A stretch of 41,915 nt of DNA from Halobacteria archaeon (lineage in GTDB: Bacteria; Pseudomonadota; Gammaproteobacteria; UBA9214). A model generated the notes under the pieces. That model did not search any database. It was given only the letters and a program-made list of their open reading frames with translations, and was not told the origin of the DNA. The stretch covers positions 1-41,915 of the forward strand of contig JABDRC010000289.1 in assembly GCA_013041945.1 (NCBI GenBank). The letters run 5' to 3'. Positions 8,880 to 18,825 of the stretch are shown piece by piece (position 1 is the first letter of the stretch; every line of letters starts with the position of its first letter). Position numbers and translations under genes: made by a program.

Positions 8880-11558
8880 TCAGCTCCCGTTCCGGGCGAG
8901 GTATTTTTCGACAGCCTTTTCAAGGCACGCGAACTGCGCCTTTTCCGTCAGCGGCCTGTTTTCCAGGTCGGTAATGTAATAGAAATCTTCCGCACGCGTG
9001 CCGAACGTTGCGATCTTGGCATTCCACAGCCGCACGTCGCAGTCGGCGAATGCCCGGCCGATTCGTGACAGCAGGCCCGGACGGTCGGCAGTCGTCAGTT
9101 CCATGATGGTGCGCTGGCTGTCTTCGTCCTGCCTGAAGGCGATGTGGGTCTTGATCGGGAAATGCTGGTGCTGGCGCGGCCGCCGCCGGTTGATATGCCA
9201 GCCTGCATCCTCGTCGCTGTCGATGGACTGCCGGAGTGTTTCCTGTATTTCGGTCATGCGCGCATCGCCGGCGACCGGTTGTCCGTTTTCCTCCAGTACG
9301 TGGAAGGTATCCAGGATATGGTCGTCATCGGTCGAGACAACACCGGCATCGACCACGTTCAGGCCGAGCTGTTCGATCACGGACGTAATGCGGCTGAACA
9401 GGCGTTCCTTTGATTTCCCGTAAATGAAAATCTCGGTGCCGCCGCGTTCACTGTCCGGCTCTACGCTGACCATACAGCCGTTGTCCGCAGCATGATCAGC
9501 AACCAGCCGGGTATGCGCGGCGACCTGCGAGGGTACGTGATGCAGGAAGTACTCATCGCCCAGTCGTTGCCACAGCGTCGTATAGCGGCCGTCATCACCG
9601 CCGAGATCATCCAGTGCGGCTGCCTTGACCTGCTCGATCCGTTCGGAGCGCTGCATGGGGTCCTGCAGGCCGCGCTGCAGTGCACGGCGGGTATTGTAGT
9701 AAAGCTGTTTCAGCAGGGTGTCCTTCCAGTTGTTCCACAACTTCGGATTGGTCGCACGGATGTCCGCGACCGTGAGCAGGTAGAGATAGTCCAGTCGTAC
9801 GGTATCCTCCACGACGCTGGCGAAGCGATTGACCACCACCGGGTCGTCGATGTCCTGGCTCTGTGCCGTGGACGACATCAGCAGGTGCTGCTTGACCAGC
9901 CAGGTGACGAGCCTGGTATCGTACTCGCTGAGATGATGATGTGTGCAGAATTCGTAGGCATCGCTGCTACCCAGCTTCGAGTGATCACCGCCACGACCCT
10001 TGGCTATGTCGTGGAACAGGCCGGCGATATACAGTAATTCCAGCTTGGGCAGGGTGCCGACGATATGGCTGCAGAGGGGAAACTCGGTGGCGTATTCATG
10101 CACGGTGAAGCGCCGCAGGTTGCGAACGACCATCAGGATATGCTCGTCCACGGTGTAGACATGGACCAGGTCGTACTGCATCAGGCCGACGACATTGCCG
10201 AAGGCGGGCAGGTAGGCAGCAAGTACACCGTAAAGATTCATGCGCCGCAGTGCGTTGGTGATGCCCTGTGGTTGGCGCAGTATCTCCATGAACAGACTGC
10301 GCGCACGGATATCGTTGCGAAATTCCTCATCGATGAGGTTGCAATGCGAACGCAAGGCGCGGACCGTGTCGGCACGTACACCATGCAGTTCCGGATGTTG
10401 TTGCAGTAGCAGAAAGATTTCCAGCAGTGCCATTGGATTGTAGCTGAATATCCCGGTGTCCACGGCCTCCAGGTAGCCATGCCGTGACTGGAAGCGCTTG
10501 CCCAGTGCAACCGGCTCACCCGGGCCTTCCGGGTGGAGAATTTCCTCGTGGAACAATTGCAGCAACATTTCGTTGAGCCGGCTGAGTTCCATGATCGTGC
10601 GGTAGTACTCGCGCATGAAGGCTTCCACACCGAGCCGTCTTGCATCGTTCAGGTAACCGAATTGTTCCGCAAGGGTGCGCTGGTAATCAAACAGCAGGCG
10701 GTCCTCACTGCGGCCGGTGAGGGTATGCAGCGCAAAACGGGTCCTCCACAGCTGTGTGCGTCCATCCACCAGGGTCTGGTACTCGCTATCGGTCAGGAAA
10801 CCGTGCTCGACCAGTTGTTCAAGCGAGGCCGTCCCGAAATGCCGCTTGGTGACCCAGGTAATCATCTGGATATCGCGCAAGCCGCCGGGCCCCTCCTTGA
10901 TATTGGGTTCGAGGTTGTAACCGCTGCCGTGGTACTTGCGGTGACGGGCACGCTGCTCCCCGAGCTTGGTCTCGAAGAAATCGCGGCTGTTCCAGATTTT
11001 ATCGGGCGCCGTAGCGGCCTGCATATCCGCGTACAGACTGCTGGAACCGGCCAGCAACCGCGATTCCATGAGATTGGTGACGACGGTGATATCCGCCAGC
11101 GACTGCTCGGCACAATCCGCGACGGTACGGACGCTGTGACCGACATCGAGGCCAACGTCCCACAGGAAAGTGAGCAGTGTTTCCGCCTGGCTGTTAATGC
11201 GTGCATCTTCGACATCCGGCATCAGCAGCATCAAATCCACGTCGGAGCCCGGCATGAGTTCGCTGCGTCCGTATCCGCCAACGGCCACCAGTGCCAGGGT
11301 TTCGGCATCGTCCCCCATGCAGCATGACCAGCAGTGGCACAGGACCTGGTCGACCAGCCAGGAGCGGGCTTCCAGCAGCAGTGCAACGTCGGTTCCGCGT
11401 TCGAAGCGGTCGGCGATGACGCGGTTGCCGTCTGCCAGGTATTGCTTGACCGGGGCCAGCAGCGCGCTGGCGGTCGCATCGTCCTGCTGCAGTGCCGCGA
11501 GATCGAACCAGGCCGCGAAATCTGTCGACGGGGATGTGCTTGGTGGCGATCGGTGCAT
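8880..11558 (-). CDS. glnD: bifunctional [protein-PII] uridylyltransferase/uridylyl-removing enzyme
   Basis: 892 aa with a nucleotidyltransferase N-terminal region, an HD domain (LFHDIAKGRGGDHS) and two C-terminal ACT-like regions. Conserved position next to map. Confidence 0.95.
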   Translation of the reverse strand: MHRSPPSTSPSTDFAAWFDLAALQQDDATASALLAPVKQYLADGNRVIADRFERGTDVALLLEARSWLVDQVLCHCWSCCMGDDAETLALVAVGGYGRSELMPGSDVDLMLLMPDVEDARINSQAETLLTFLWDVGLDVGHSVRTVADCAEQSLADITVVTNLMESRLLAGSSSLYADMQAATAPDKIWNSRDFFETKLGEQRARHRKYHGSGYNLEPNIKEGPGGLRDIQMITWVTKRHFGTASLEQLVEHGFLTDSEYQTLVDGRTQLWRTRFALHTLTGRSEDRLLFDYQRTLAEQFGYLNDARRLGVEAFMREYYRTIMELSRLNEMLLQLFHEEILHPEGPGEPVALGKRFQSRHGYLEAVDTGIFSYNPMALLEIFLLLQQHPELHGVRADTVRALRSHCNLIDEEFRNDIRARSLFMEILRQPQGITNALRRMNLYGVLAAYLPAFGNVVGLMQYDLVHVYTVDEHILMVVRNLRRFTVHEYATEFPLCSHIVGTLPKLELLYIAGLFHDIAKGRGGDHSKLGSSDAYEFCTHHHLSEYDTRLVTWLVKQHLLMSSTAQSQDIDDPVVVNRFASVVEDTVRLDYLYLLTVADIRATNPKLWNNWKDTLLKQLYYNTRRALQRGLQDPMQRSERIEQVKAAALDDLGGDDGRYTTLWQRLGDEYFLHHVPSQVAAHTRLVADHAADNGCMVSVEPDSERGGTEIFIYGKSKERLFSRITSVIEQLGLNVVDAGVVSTDDDHILDTFHVLEENGQPVAGDARMTEIQETLRQSIDSDEDAGWHINRRRPRQHQHFPIKTHIAFRQDEDSQRTIMELTTADRPGLLSRIGRAFADCDVRLWNAKIATFGTRAEDFYYITDLENRPLTEKAQFACLEKAVEKYLARNGS

Positions 11559-11570
11559 GGATAGTACGGA

Positions 11571-12338
11571 TCAGACTTCGTCGCCGGGGAGACAGGTCAG
11601 AACCTCGTGTCCGTCGCTGGTTACCAGGATGGTATGTTCCCATTGTGCCGACAGGCTGTGGTCCTTGGTCACCACGGTCCAGCCGTCCGGCAGCAGCCGG
11701 GTATGGCGCTTGCCGGCATTGATCATCGGTTCGATAGTAAAGGTCATGCCGGCCTCGATGGGCATGCCGGTGCCGGGCTTGCCGTAGTGCAGGATCTGCG
11801 GATCCTCTTGAAACTCGCGACCGATGCCGTGACCGCAGTACTCGCGTACCACGGAGCAGTGATTCGATTCGGCATGCTGCTGGATGGCGTGACCGATATC
11901 ACCCAGCCGGACGCCCGGCCTGACCAGGTCGATGCCGATGCGCAGGCACTCGTGACTGATGCGCGCAAGCCGTTCGGCAGCCACTTTCGGTTCGCCGACG
12001 AAGAACATCTTGCTGGTGTCACCATGGAATCCGTCCTTGATGACGGTGATGTCTATGTTGACGCTGTCGCCTTTTTTCAGAACCTTGTTGCCGGGGATCC
12101 CGTGGCAGACCACGTGGTTGACCGAGGTGCAGATCGACCTGGGAAAGCCGCGATAATTCAGCGGGGCGGGGATGGCCTGCTGCTCGTTGACGATGTAGTC
12201 ATGGCAGATGCGGTCGAGTTCTTCCGTGGCCACACCGGGCACCACATGCGGCCTGATCATCTGCAGCACCTCGCCGGCGAGCCGTCCGGCCACGCGCATT
12301 TTCTCTATCTCTTCCGGCGTTTTGATCGTGACAGGCAT
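11571..12338 (-). CDS. map: type I methionine aminopeptidase
   Basis: Trimmed to the ATG at 12338 (MPVTIKTPEEIEKMRVAGRLA...). Full-length MetAP sequence, divergent from rpsB as in other Gammaproteobacteria. Confidence 0.95.
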   Translation of the reverse strand: MPVTIKTPEEIEKMRVAGRLAGEVLQMIRPHVVPGVATEELDRICHDYIVNEQQAIPAPLNYRGFPRSICTSVNHVVCHGIPGNKVLKKGDSVNIDITVIKDGFHGDTSKMFFVGEPKVAAERLARISHECLRIGIDLVRPGVRLGDIGHAIQQHAESNHCSVVREYCGHGIGREFQEDPQILHYGKPGTGMPIEAGMTFTIEPMINAGKRHTRLLPDGWTVVTKDHSLSAQWEHTILVTSDGHEVLTCLPGDEV

Positions 12339-12390
12339 GTAACACCCTGATCTGCTGATGGTTAGACACTGGCCGGGCGGGGAAGACCAA

Positions 12391-12419
12391 TTGTCGGGAG
12401 GTGCAGTGTATGGTATAAA
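12391..12419 (+). promoter_or_regulatory. rpsB-tsf promoter with extended -10
   Basis: TTGTCG (12391-12396), a 17-nt spacer, then TGG-TATAAA (12411-12419). GGTATAAA is, as I recall it, the same extended -10 core as the E. coli rpsB promoter. It lies about 160 nt upstream of the rpsB ATG. Confidence 0.55.
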
Positions 12420-12425
12420 GGCGGG

Positions 12426-12582
12426 CTTGTTAAGTGGGCCATCCCGGCCCGCGAGGCAACAAATATACACATGTACCGGCACATGCAGCAGGGTGCCCGG
12501 TGTGCGACCGGCGGAATCGGTCGCCCGACGGGTTGCTGACATGGGGTGCATGGAAGACCAACCCGACACTGGAGAGACAAAC
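12426..12582 (+). promoter_or_regulatory. rpsB 5' leader (probable S2 autoregulatory leader; map-rpsB intergenic t44/tff-type RNA region)
   Basis: Predicted leader of about 157 nt with stable stems: GGGCC/GGCCC at 12436-12450 and GCGACCG/CGGTCGC at 12504-12524. An alternative GCGGGC (12421-12426)/GCCCGC (12447-12452) pairing exists. Length and position match the E. coli leader. Confidence 0.45.
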
Positions 12583-13467
12583 ATGTCAGACGTATCGATG
12601 CGCCAGATGCTGGAAGCTGGCGTTCACTTTGGCCACCAGACCCGTTACTGGAACCCGAAGATGGCCCCCTTCATCTTCGGCGAGCGTGGCAAGATCCATA
12701 TTATCAACCTCGAAAAGACCATGCCGATGTTCTCGGATGCGATGAATTACATCAGCAGCCTGGTTGCAAATGGCGGAACGATCCTGTTCGTCGGCACCAA
12801 GCGTTCGGCGCAGTCGGCCGTGCTGGAAAACGCCACCCGCTGCGGCATGCCTTTCGTGAACCACCGCTGGCTCGGTGGCATGCTCACCAACTACAAGACC
12901 GTCAGGCAGTCCATCAAGCGCCTGAAAGATCTCGAGACCATGGCGGAAGACGGTTCCTATGACCGCATCGGCAAGAAGGAAGCCCTGATGCTGACGCGTG
13001 AACGGGAAAAACTGGAGCGCAGCCTGGGCGGTATCAAGGACATGCGCGGTATTCCCGATGCCATGTTCGTGGTTGATGTCGGCTACGAAAAGATCGCCGT
13101 GAAGGAGGCCCGCAAGCTGGGTATTCCGGTCGTCGGTGTCGTGGACACCAACAACTCGATCAAGGGCGTCGATTACATCATCCCGGGTAACGATGACGCC
13201 ATCCGTGCCATCAATCTGTATGTCGAGGCGGCGGCCGACGCCGTCAGTACCGGCAATCTGAGCGTTGCCCACGCCGTGGCGGAATCGAAAGACGAGTTCG
13301 TCGAGGTGGATGAGGGCGCGGCCAGACCGGCACGCAAGAAGGCGTCGCCGAAGAAGAAGGCCGCAAAAAAGGTCACGGTGAAAAAGGCGACCAAGAAAGC
13401 CGCCCCGAAAAACGCGGAGGCCGTGGCTGCTGATGCCCCTGCAGAGGATGCCGGCGCCGGTGAATAG
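12583..13467 (+). CDS. rpsB: 30S ribosomal protein S2, with a Lys/Ala-rich C-terminal extension
   Basis: Trimmed to the ATG at 12583 ([27 protein letters not shown]), preceded by GGAGAG. 294 aa. Confidence 0.95.
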   Translation: MSDVSMRQMLEAGVHFGHQTRYWNPKMAPFIFGERGKIHIINLEKTMPMFSDAMNYISSLVANGGTILFVGTKRSAQSAVLENATRCGMPFVNHRWLGGMLTNYKTVRQSIKRLKDLETMAEDGSYDRIGKKEALMLTREREKLERSLGGIKDMRGIPDAMFVVDVGYEKIAVKEARKLGIPVVGVVDTNNSIKGVDYIIPGNDDAIRAINLYVEAAADAVSTGNLSVAHAVAESKDEFVEVDEGAARPARKKASPKKKAAKKVTVKKATKKAAPKNAEAVAADAPAEDAGAGE

Positions 13468-13519
13468 GCGGCAGGCTGTCAGTCATGCGTAACCAAGAGT
13501 TTTGCGGAGGATTTCTGAA

Positions 13520-14410
13520 ATGGCTATAACTGCGGCGCAAGTCAAGGAACTGCGCGAGCGTACCGGTTCCGGCATGATGGAGTGCAAGAAGGCACTGGTT
13601 GACGCCGGTGGCGACCTCGAGGCAGCCATCGAGGCACTGCGCAAGTCCGGCATGGCAAAAGCTGACAAAAAGGCCAGCCGTATTGCGGCCGAGGGCCTGG
13701 TGGTCATCGAATTGAGCGACGACAAGAAGACCGCGGCAATCGTCGAGGTCAACTGCGAAACCGACTTCGTTGCCAAGAAGGATGATTTCCAGTCGTTTGC
13801 CGGTGCGATTGCCCGGCGTGTGCTCGCCGACAACCCGGCCGACGTCGATGCGTTGATGGCGATGCCGCTGAACGACGGCGATGCCGCCACGATCGAGGAT
13901 GCCCGCAAGTCGTTGATTGCGACTATCGGTGAAAATATCGCGGTACGCCGGTTCACGCGTGTGGAAAGCAACGTCCCGCTGGCGTCCTACGCGCACGGTG
14001 TGCGTATCGGTGTGCTGGTCGAGCTCGATGGCGGTGATGCCGAACTCGGCAAGGATCTTGCCATGCACATCGCCGCGCATGACCCGCGTCCCGTGTGTGT
14101 CTCGGAAGAGCAGGTGCCGGTTGACATGATCGAGCGCGAGCGCGAGATATTCACTGCGCAGGCCCGCGAGAGCGGTAAACCCGACAACATTATCGAAAAG
14201 ATGATCGAGGGCAGGATTCGCAAGTTTCTCGGCGAGGTCACCCTGCTGGGCCAGTCCTTTGTCAAGGACCCGGACCTGACGGTCGGCAAGCTGCTGGAGC
14301 AGGCCGGTGCCGGTGTCAGCCGTTTCGAGCGCGTCGAACTGGGCGAGGGCATTGAAAAGAAGAGCGAGAACTTTGCCGACGAGGTGATGGCGCAGGTCAA
14401 GGGCGGTTGA
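13520..14410 (+). CDS. tsf: translation elongation factor Ts
   Basis: Trimmed to the ATG at 13520 ([26 protein letters not shown]), preceded by GGAGGA. Confidence 0.95.
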   Translation: MAITAAQVKELRERTGSGMMECKKALVDAGGDLEAAIEALRKSGMAKADKKASRIAAEGLVVIELSDDKKTAAIVEVNCETDFVAKKDDFQSFAGAIARRVLADNPADVDALMAMPLNDGDAATIEDARKSLIATIGENIAVRRFTRVESNVPLASYAHGVRIGVLVELDGGDAELGKDLAMHIAAHDPRPVCVSEEQVPVDMIEREREIFTAQARESGKPDNIIEKMIEGRIRKFLGEVTLLGQSFVKDPDLTVGKLLEQAGAGVSRFERVELGEGIEKKSENFADEVMAQVKGG

Positions 14411-14441
14411 CGGATCTGCAAACTTTTTTTACTTGTGCAAC

Positions 14442-14468
14442 GGGGCCGGTATTCGGCCCCCTTTTTTT
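14442..14468 (+). terminator. Rho-independent terminator after tsf
   Basis: GGGGCCG (14442-14448), loop gtatt, CGGCCCC (14454-14460), followed by a run of seven T (14462-14468). Confidence 0.8.
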
Positions 14469-14552
14469 ATGGCAATCCGCCAGTAAAAGTAAGACAATGC
14501 ACCCGGACAGGGTGTTCGCATGCCCTATATACATGAAAGTTAAGGGTTAAAA

Positions 14553-15266
14553 ATGGGATACCGGCGGATACTGCTGAAGTTGAGTGGCGAGGCCCTGATG
14601 GGCGACGGCACTCACGGGATCGATCCCGGCGTCAGCGGGCGGCTGGCCGCAGAAATCCACGCGCAGCATGCCCGCGGTATCCAGATCGGCCTGGTCATCG
14701 GCGGCGGCAATCTGCTGCGTGGTGCCGGCCTGGCCTCTGACGGCATGAACCGCGTGACCGGCGACCATATGGGCATGCTGGCCACCGTCATCAATGCACT
14801 GGCCATGCAGGACGCCCTGCAGCAGGCCGGCAGCGACTGTCGTGTCATGTCGGCGCTGACCATGCACCAGGTGTGCGAATCCTATACCGCCCGGCGGGCG
14901 ATCGAGCACCTGGAGGCCGGGCGCGTGGTGATCTTCGCCGCCGGTACCGGCAATCCGTTCTTCACCACCGACTCGGCGGCCAGCCTGCGCGCTATCGAGA
15001 TCAATGCGGATATCATGCTGAAGGCAACCAAGGTCGATGGTGTGTATTCGGCAGACCCGGTGACAGATCCGGCGGCCACGTTGTTCGACTTTATCAGTTA
15101 CGATGAGGCGCTGGAGAAAAAACTGGGTGTCATGGATGCCACAGCCCTGGTGCTGTGCAGCGAGCATGACATGCCGGTGCGGGTCTTCAATATATTCGAA
15201 CGGGAACAACTGGCGAAAATCATTGCCGGCGAGGCAGTCGGCACACTGGTCCGGCGGGAGAGGTAG
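14553..15266 (+). CDS. pyrH: UMP kinase
   Basis: 237 aa with [10 protein letters not shown] and [10 protein letters not shown] motifs. Confidence 0.95.
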   Translation: MGYRRILLKLSGEALMGDGTHGIDPGVSGRLAAEIHAQHARGIQIGLVIGGGNLLRGAGLASDGMNRVTGDHMGMLATVINALAMQDALQQAGSDCRVMSALTMHQVCESYTARRAIEHLEAGRVVIFAAGTGNPFFTTDSAASLRAIEINADIMLKATKVDGVYSADPVTDPAATLFDFISYDEALEKKLGVMDATALVLCSEHDMPVRVFNIFEREQLAKIIAGEAVGTLVRRER

Positions 15267-15272
15267 GACGCT

Positions 15273-15830
15273 ATGATCGACGACATTATCAAGGATGCCG
15301 GCGCACGGATGGGCAAGAGTATCGATGCGCTGAAACAATCGCTCGGCAAGGTGCGCACCGGTCGTGCGCACCCGAGCCTGCTGGACCATCTGACGGTGGA
15401 CTACTATGGATCGCAAGTGCCGATTTCGCAGGTTGCCAATGTCGGTGTGGAGGACGCACGCACGCTGTCCGTAACACCCTGGGAGAAGACCATGGTGCAA
15501 CCGATCGAAAAGGCCATCATGACATCCGATCTTGGCCTCAATCCGGCAACCGCCGGTACGGTGATCCGGATCCCGATGCCGCCGCTGACCGAGGAAACGC
15601 GCCGCGAACTGGTCAAGGTCGTACGCAAGGACGGTGAGGCGGCCAAGGTCGCCATTCGCAACATCCGGCGGGATGCGAACAACGACTTCAAGGACCTGGT
15701 CAAGGAAAAGGAAATCTCGACCGACGAGGAGCACAGGGCACAGGACAATATCCAGAAGCTGACCGACGAACGGGTTGCCGAAGTTGACCGGGTGCTGGCT
15801 GGCAAGGAAGCGGAGTTGATGGAGATATAG
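15273..15830 (+). CDS. frr: ribosome recycling factor
   Basis: 185 aa full-length RRF sequence, 6 nt after pyrH. Confidence 0.95.
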   Translation: MIDDIIKDAGARMGKSIDALKQSLGKVRTGRAHPSLLDHLTVDYYGSQVPISQVANVGVEDARTLSVTPWEKTMVQPIEKAIMTSDLGLNPATAGTVIRIPMPPLTEETRRELVKVVRKDGEAAKVAIRNIRRDANNDFKDLVKEKEISTDEEHRAQDNIQKLTDERVAEVDRVLAGKEAELMEI

Positions 15831-15844
15831 GCAGTGTCTTGCAA

Positions 15845-15978
15845 CGTCATTGCGAGACGCGCGGTGACGGGGCAGTTCGCCGCTGGCGTCCCGGGTGCTG
15901 CGAGGGGGGTGCGGCGATTACAACGGGTTCCGGCAGAGTCCGCCTGGCAGGGCTTGCCGCGCTTCGCTCGCACTGACG
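15845..15978. repeat. intergenic element bounded by imperfect inverted repeats (CGTCATTGCGAG / CTCGCACTGACG)
   Basis: The 12-nt arms at 15845-15856 and 15967-15978 pair at 11 of 12 positions. A second tier pairs GCGCGG (15859-15864) with CCGCGC (15957-15962). The interior is GC-rich. Confidence 0.55.
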
Positions 15979-16000
15979 CGAGTGATTTATAAATGACAGG

Positions 16001-16026
16001 ATTCCCGGGCCCGGTGAGGCGGGAAC
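16001..16026. repeat. degenerate ATTCCC...GGGAA hairpin repeat, related to the 41.5-kb inverted repeats
   Basis: ATTCCCG-ggcccggtgagg-CGGGAAC followed by CAGC. Compare GTCATTCCCGCGCAGGCGGGAATCCAGT at 41493-41520. Lies 25 nt upstream of the uppS start. Confidence 0.45.
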
Positions 16027-16050
16027 CAGCTAGCGAACGGGTGCGTTTTC

Positions 16051-16803
16051 TTGGAGCAGTCTGATACCAATACGACAAGCCAGCCGCGCCATGTTGCCAT
16101 TATCATGGATGGCAACGGTCGCTGGGCGCGCACCCGAATGTTGCCGCGGGCAATCGGTCATCGCGAAGGTGTCAAGTCGGTCAGGCGCACGGTCGAGTCC
16201 TGCATCGACAGGGGGGTCGAGGCGCTGACGCTGTTTGCATTCAGCAGCGAGAACTGGCGCCGGCCGAGCGACGAGGTCAGTATGATCATGGATCTCTTCG
16301 TCAATACCCTGAAAAAGGAGGTCAGTGCACTCGACCGCAACAATGTCAGGTTGCGATTCATCGGCGAGCGCTCCGCCTTTTCGGACAACCTGCAAAAGCT
16401 GATCGACGAGTCCGAGGCGCAGACCGCGGGTAACCGGCAGCTGGAGCTGGTAATCGCCGCCAATTACGGCGGTCAGTGGGATATCACGCAGGCCGCCTGC
16501 AGGCTGGCCGAACAGGTTTCCGCCGGTGTACTGAAGCCGGACGAAATTACCCCTGAACGGCTTGGGCAGGAAATGTGCGTCGCCGACCTGCCGTTGCCCG
16601 ACCTGTTTATCCGCACCGGTGGCGAACGCCGCATCAGCAATTTCCTGCTCTGGCAGCTGGCCTACACCGAGCTGTATTTCACCGATATCCTCTGGCCGGC
16701 ATTCGATGAAGATGAATTCGGCAAGGCGCTCGACTGGTATGCAAACCGCCAGCGACGCTTCGGACGTACCGGCGAACAGGTGGAGCGACTGCGGGGTGCT
16801 TAG
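16051..16803 (+). CDS. uppS: di-trans,poly-cis-undecaprenyl-diphosphate synthase
   Basis: 250 aa with HVAIIMDGNGRWA and FAFSSENWRRP motifs. TTG at 16051 is the only start codon between the in-frame stop at 16015 and the conserved motif. Confidence 0.9.
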   Translation: MEQSDTNTTSQPRHVAIIMDGNGRWARTRMLPRAIGHREGVKSVRRTVESCIDRGVEALTLFAFSSENWRRPSDEVSMIMDLFVNTLKKEVSALDRNNVRLRFIGERSAFSDNLQKLIDESEAQTAGNRQLELVIAANYGGQWDITQAACRLAEQVSAGVLKPDEITPERLGQEMCVADLPLPDLFIRTGGERRISNFLLWQLAYTELYFTDILWPAFDEDEFGKALDWYANRQRRFGRTGEQVERLRGA

Positions 16804-17617
16804 GACGCGACTGATATCCGCGGCCATCATGATACCGCTGGTTGTCTACGGCGTGCTGTACCTGTCGACGGACATGTTCCTGCTGATCCTGGCCGCCATC
16901 CTGCTGGCCGGCATGTGGGAATGGGGGCGCCTTGCACTGCTCCCCGGCACGCCGGCCCGGATCGCCTACCTGGTAGTGATTGCCGGCCTGTTCTGGTTAT
17001 GCCATGCGGCAGGCCTCGAGGCAATCGCCTGGCCCGTGCTGCTGGTGGCCTGTGTCTGGTGGCTGTGTGCACTCATCTGGCTGACCCGGCCGCGGCTGTG
17101 CGCTGGACAGTCCCCGGCCTGTACGGCCGTCAAGCTGGTGGCCGGGATACTGGTGGCTGTACCGGCGTGGCTGGCACTGACGCTGATTCACGGTGCGGCC
17201 GACGACGGCCCCCGGCTGGTGCTGATTCTGCTGGTCATGGTGTGGCTGGCGGACAGCGGCGCCTATTTTGCCGGGCGCTATCTGGGCCGGCACAAACTGG
17301 CGCCGGTCGTCAGTCCGGGCAAGACCTGGGAGGGTGTCTACGGGGGGCTGCTGGCCAGCGTTCTGTTCGCAGCAGCCATCGCCTGGCTGCTGCTGGATGC
17401 GGCACTGCCGTGGACCGCGAAATTCATGCTGGCGACGCTGGTTGCCATGATGTTCTCCGTGGTGGGTGATCTGCTGGTCAGTCTGCTCAAGCGCCAGAGC
17501 GGCATCAAGGACAGCGGCAGCATTATTCCCGGACATGGCGGAATCTTCGACCGCATTGACAGCCTGGTGGCTGCTGCGCCGTTGTTCCTGTCCGCTTACC
17601 GGTGGCTTGAGCTGTGA
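16796..17617 (+). CDS. cdsA: phosphatidate cytidylyltransferase
   Basis: Trimmed to the GTG at 16796; (V)[22 protein letters not shown] aligns with the E. coli CdsA N-terminus MLKYRLISAFVLIPVV. Overlaps the uppS stop by 8 nt. Alternative ATG at 16829. Confidence 0.9.
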   Translation: MLRTRLISAAIMIPLVVYGVLYLSTDMFLLILAAILLAGMWEWGRLALLPGTPARIAYLVVIAGLFWLCHAAGLEAIAWPVLLVACVWWLCALIWLTRPRLCAGQSPACTAVKLVAGILVAVPAWLALTLIHGAADDGPRLVLILLVMVWLADSGAYFAGRYLGRHKLAPVVSPGKTWEGVYGGLLASVLFAAAIAWLLLDAALPWTAKFMLATLVAMMFSVVGDLLVSLLKRQSGIKDSGSIIPGHGGIFDRIDSLVAAAPLFLSAYRWLEL

Positions 17618-18825
17618 GTGTGTCCACGACACCGTCAGGTATCACGATCCTGGGCTCGACCGGCTCGATCGGTTTGAGCACCCTGGATGTCATTGCCCGG
17701 CATCCGGACCGTTTCAGGGTTGTTGCGCTGACGGCCAATGCCCGTGCCGAGGAACTGGCGGAGCAGTGTGTTCGCTTCCGGCCGCGTTACGCGGTCATGG
17801 CGGATGCGGATGCCGCCGAACGCCTGCGCCGGATGCTGGCCGACCGGTCGCCGGATACGGAGGTGCTGGCAGGGCACGATGCGCTGGTGCGGGTGGCCGG
17901 TCTGCCCGAGGTCGATCATGTCATGGCAGCGATCGTCGGGGCGGCCGGGCTGCTGCCGACGCTGGAGGCGGCGAAACGGGGCAAGCGTGTGCTGCTGGCC
18001 AACAAGGAAGCGCTGGTCATGTCCGGTGCCCTGTTCATGCAGGCGGTCCGCGAAAACGGCGCCGGGCTGCTGCCGGTCGACAGCGAGCATAACGCCATTT
18101 TCCAGTGCCTGCCGGACAACTACACGGCAGGCGAGCCGCCGCGCGGCGTCCGCAGGATCCTGCTGACCGCATCCGGCGGCCCGTTCCGCACCCTGCCGAT
18201 CAGGCAGCTGTGCAGCGTGACCCCGGAACAGGCCTGCGCCCATCCAAACTGGGACATGGGCAGAAAAATTTCCGTGGATTCCGCCACCATGATGAACAAG
18301 GGGCTCGAGGTCATCGAGGCGGGCTGGCTGTTCGGGCTCGAGACCGGGCGCATCCAGGTGGTGTTGCACCCGCAGTCGCTGGTGCACTCGCTGGTCGAGT
18401 ACGAAGACGGTTCCATGCTGGCGCAGATGGGTAATCCGGACATGCGCATCCCGATCAGTCATGCACTTGGCTGGCCGGAGCGTATTGCATCGGGCGCCGC
18501 GGGCCTGGACCTGCTGGAACATGGCATGCTGCAGTTCGAGACGCCGGACAGCGCGCGTTTCCCCTGTCTGGGCCTGGCAAGTGCCGTCATGGAGGCCGGC
18601 GGAACCGCGCCGGCCATTCTGAACGCTGCCAACGAGGTTGCCGTTGCAGCGTTCCTTGAGCGGCAAATACCGTTTACCACGATCCACCGGGTCATCGAGG
18701 ATGCGCTGGAACGTTGCGCGGTGCAGGCGGCAGATACGCTGCAGGTCATACTCGATGCCGATGAAATGGCCCGCGAAGCGGCAGCCGAACTTATCATGCA
18801 GGCAAAGGTCGTAGTGGCACGATGA
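17614..18825 (+). CDS. dxr: 1-deoxy-D-xylulose-5-phosphate reductoisomerase
   Basis: 403 aa with the [14 protein letters not shown] motif. GTG start in a GTGA overlap with the cdsA stop. Confidence 0.95.
   Translation: MSVSTTPSGITILGSTGSIGLSTLDVIARHPDRFRVVALTANARAEELAEQCVRFRPRYAVMADADAAERLRRMLADRSPDTEVLAGHDALVRVAGLPEVDHVMAAIVGAAGLLPTLEAAKRGKRVLLANKEALVMSGALFMQAVRENGAGLLPVDSEHNAIFQCLPDNYTAGEPPRGVRRILLTASGGPFRTLPIRQLCSVTPEQACAHPNWDMGRKISVDSATMMNKGLEVIEAGWLFGLETGRIQVVLHPQSLVHSLVEYEDGSMLAQMGNPDMRIPISHALGWPERIASGAAGLDLLEHGMLQFETPDSARFPCLGLASAVMEAGGTAPAILNAANEVAVAAFLERQIPFTTIHRVIEDALERCAVQAADTLQVILDADEMAREAAAELIMQAKVVVAR

Noticed and set aside
12358-12582. Track N-terminal extensions of real genes: rpsB from 12358, map to 12584, cdsA from 16562, VOC from 8201, skp from 22527, dnaE from 28655, ispF from 39607, dapD to 6066, dapC to 7386
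   Set aside because: The extensions run through intergenic or upstream-gene sequence, lack an RBS, and are absent from well-known orthologue N-termini. Internal starts with RBS or overlap-coupling signals were chosen instead.
14547-15734. 395-aa minus-strand ORF
   Set aside because: Antisense to pyrH and frr, with no motifs and low-complexity composition.
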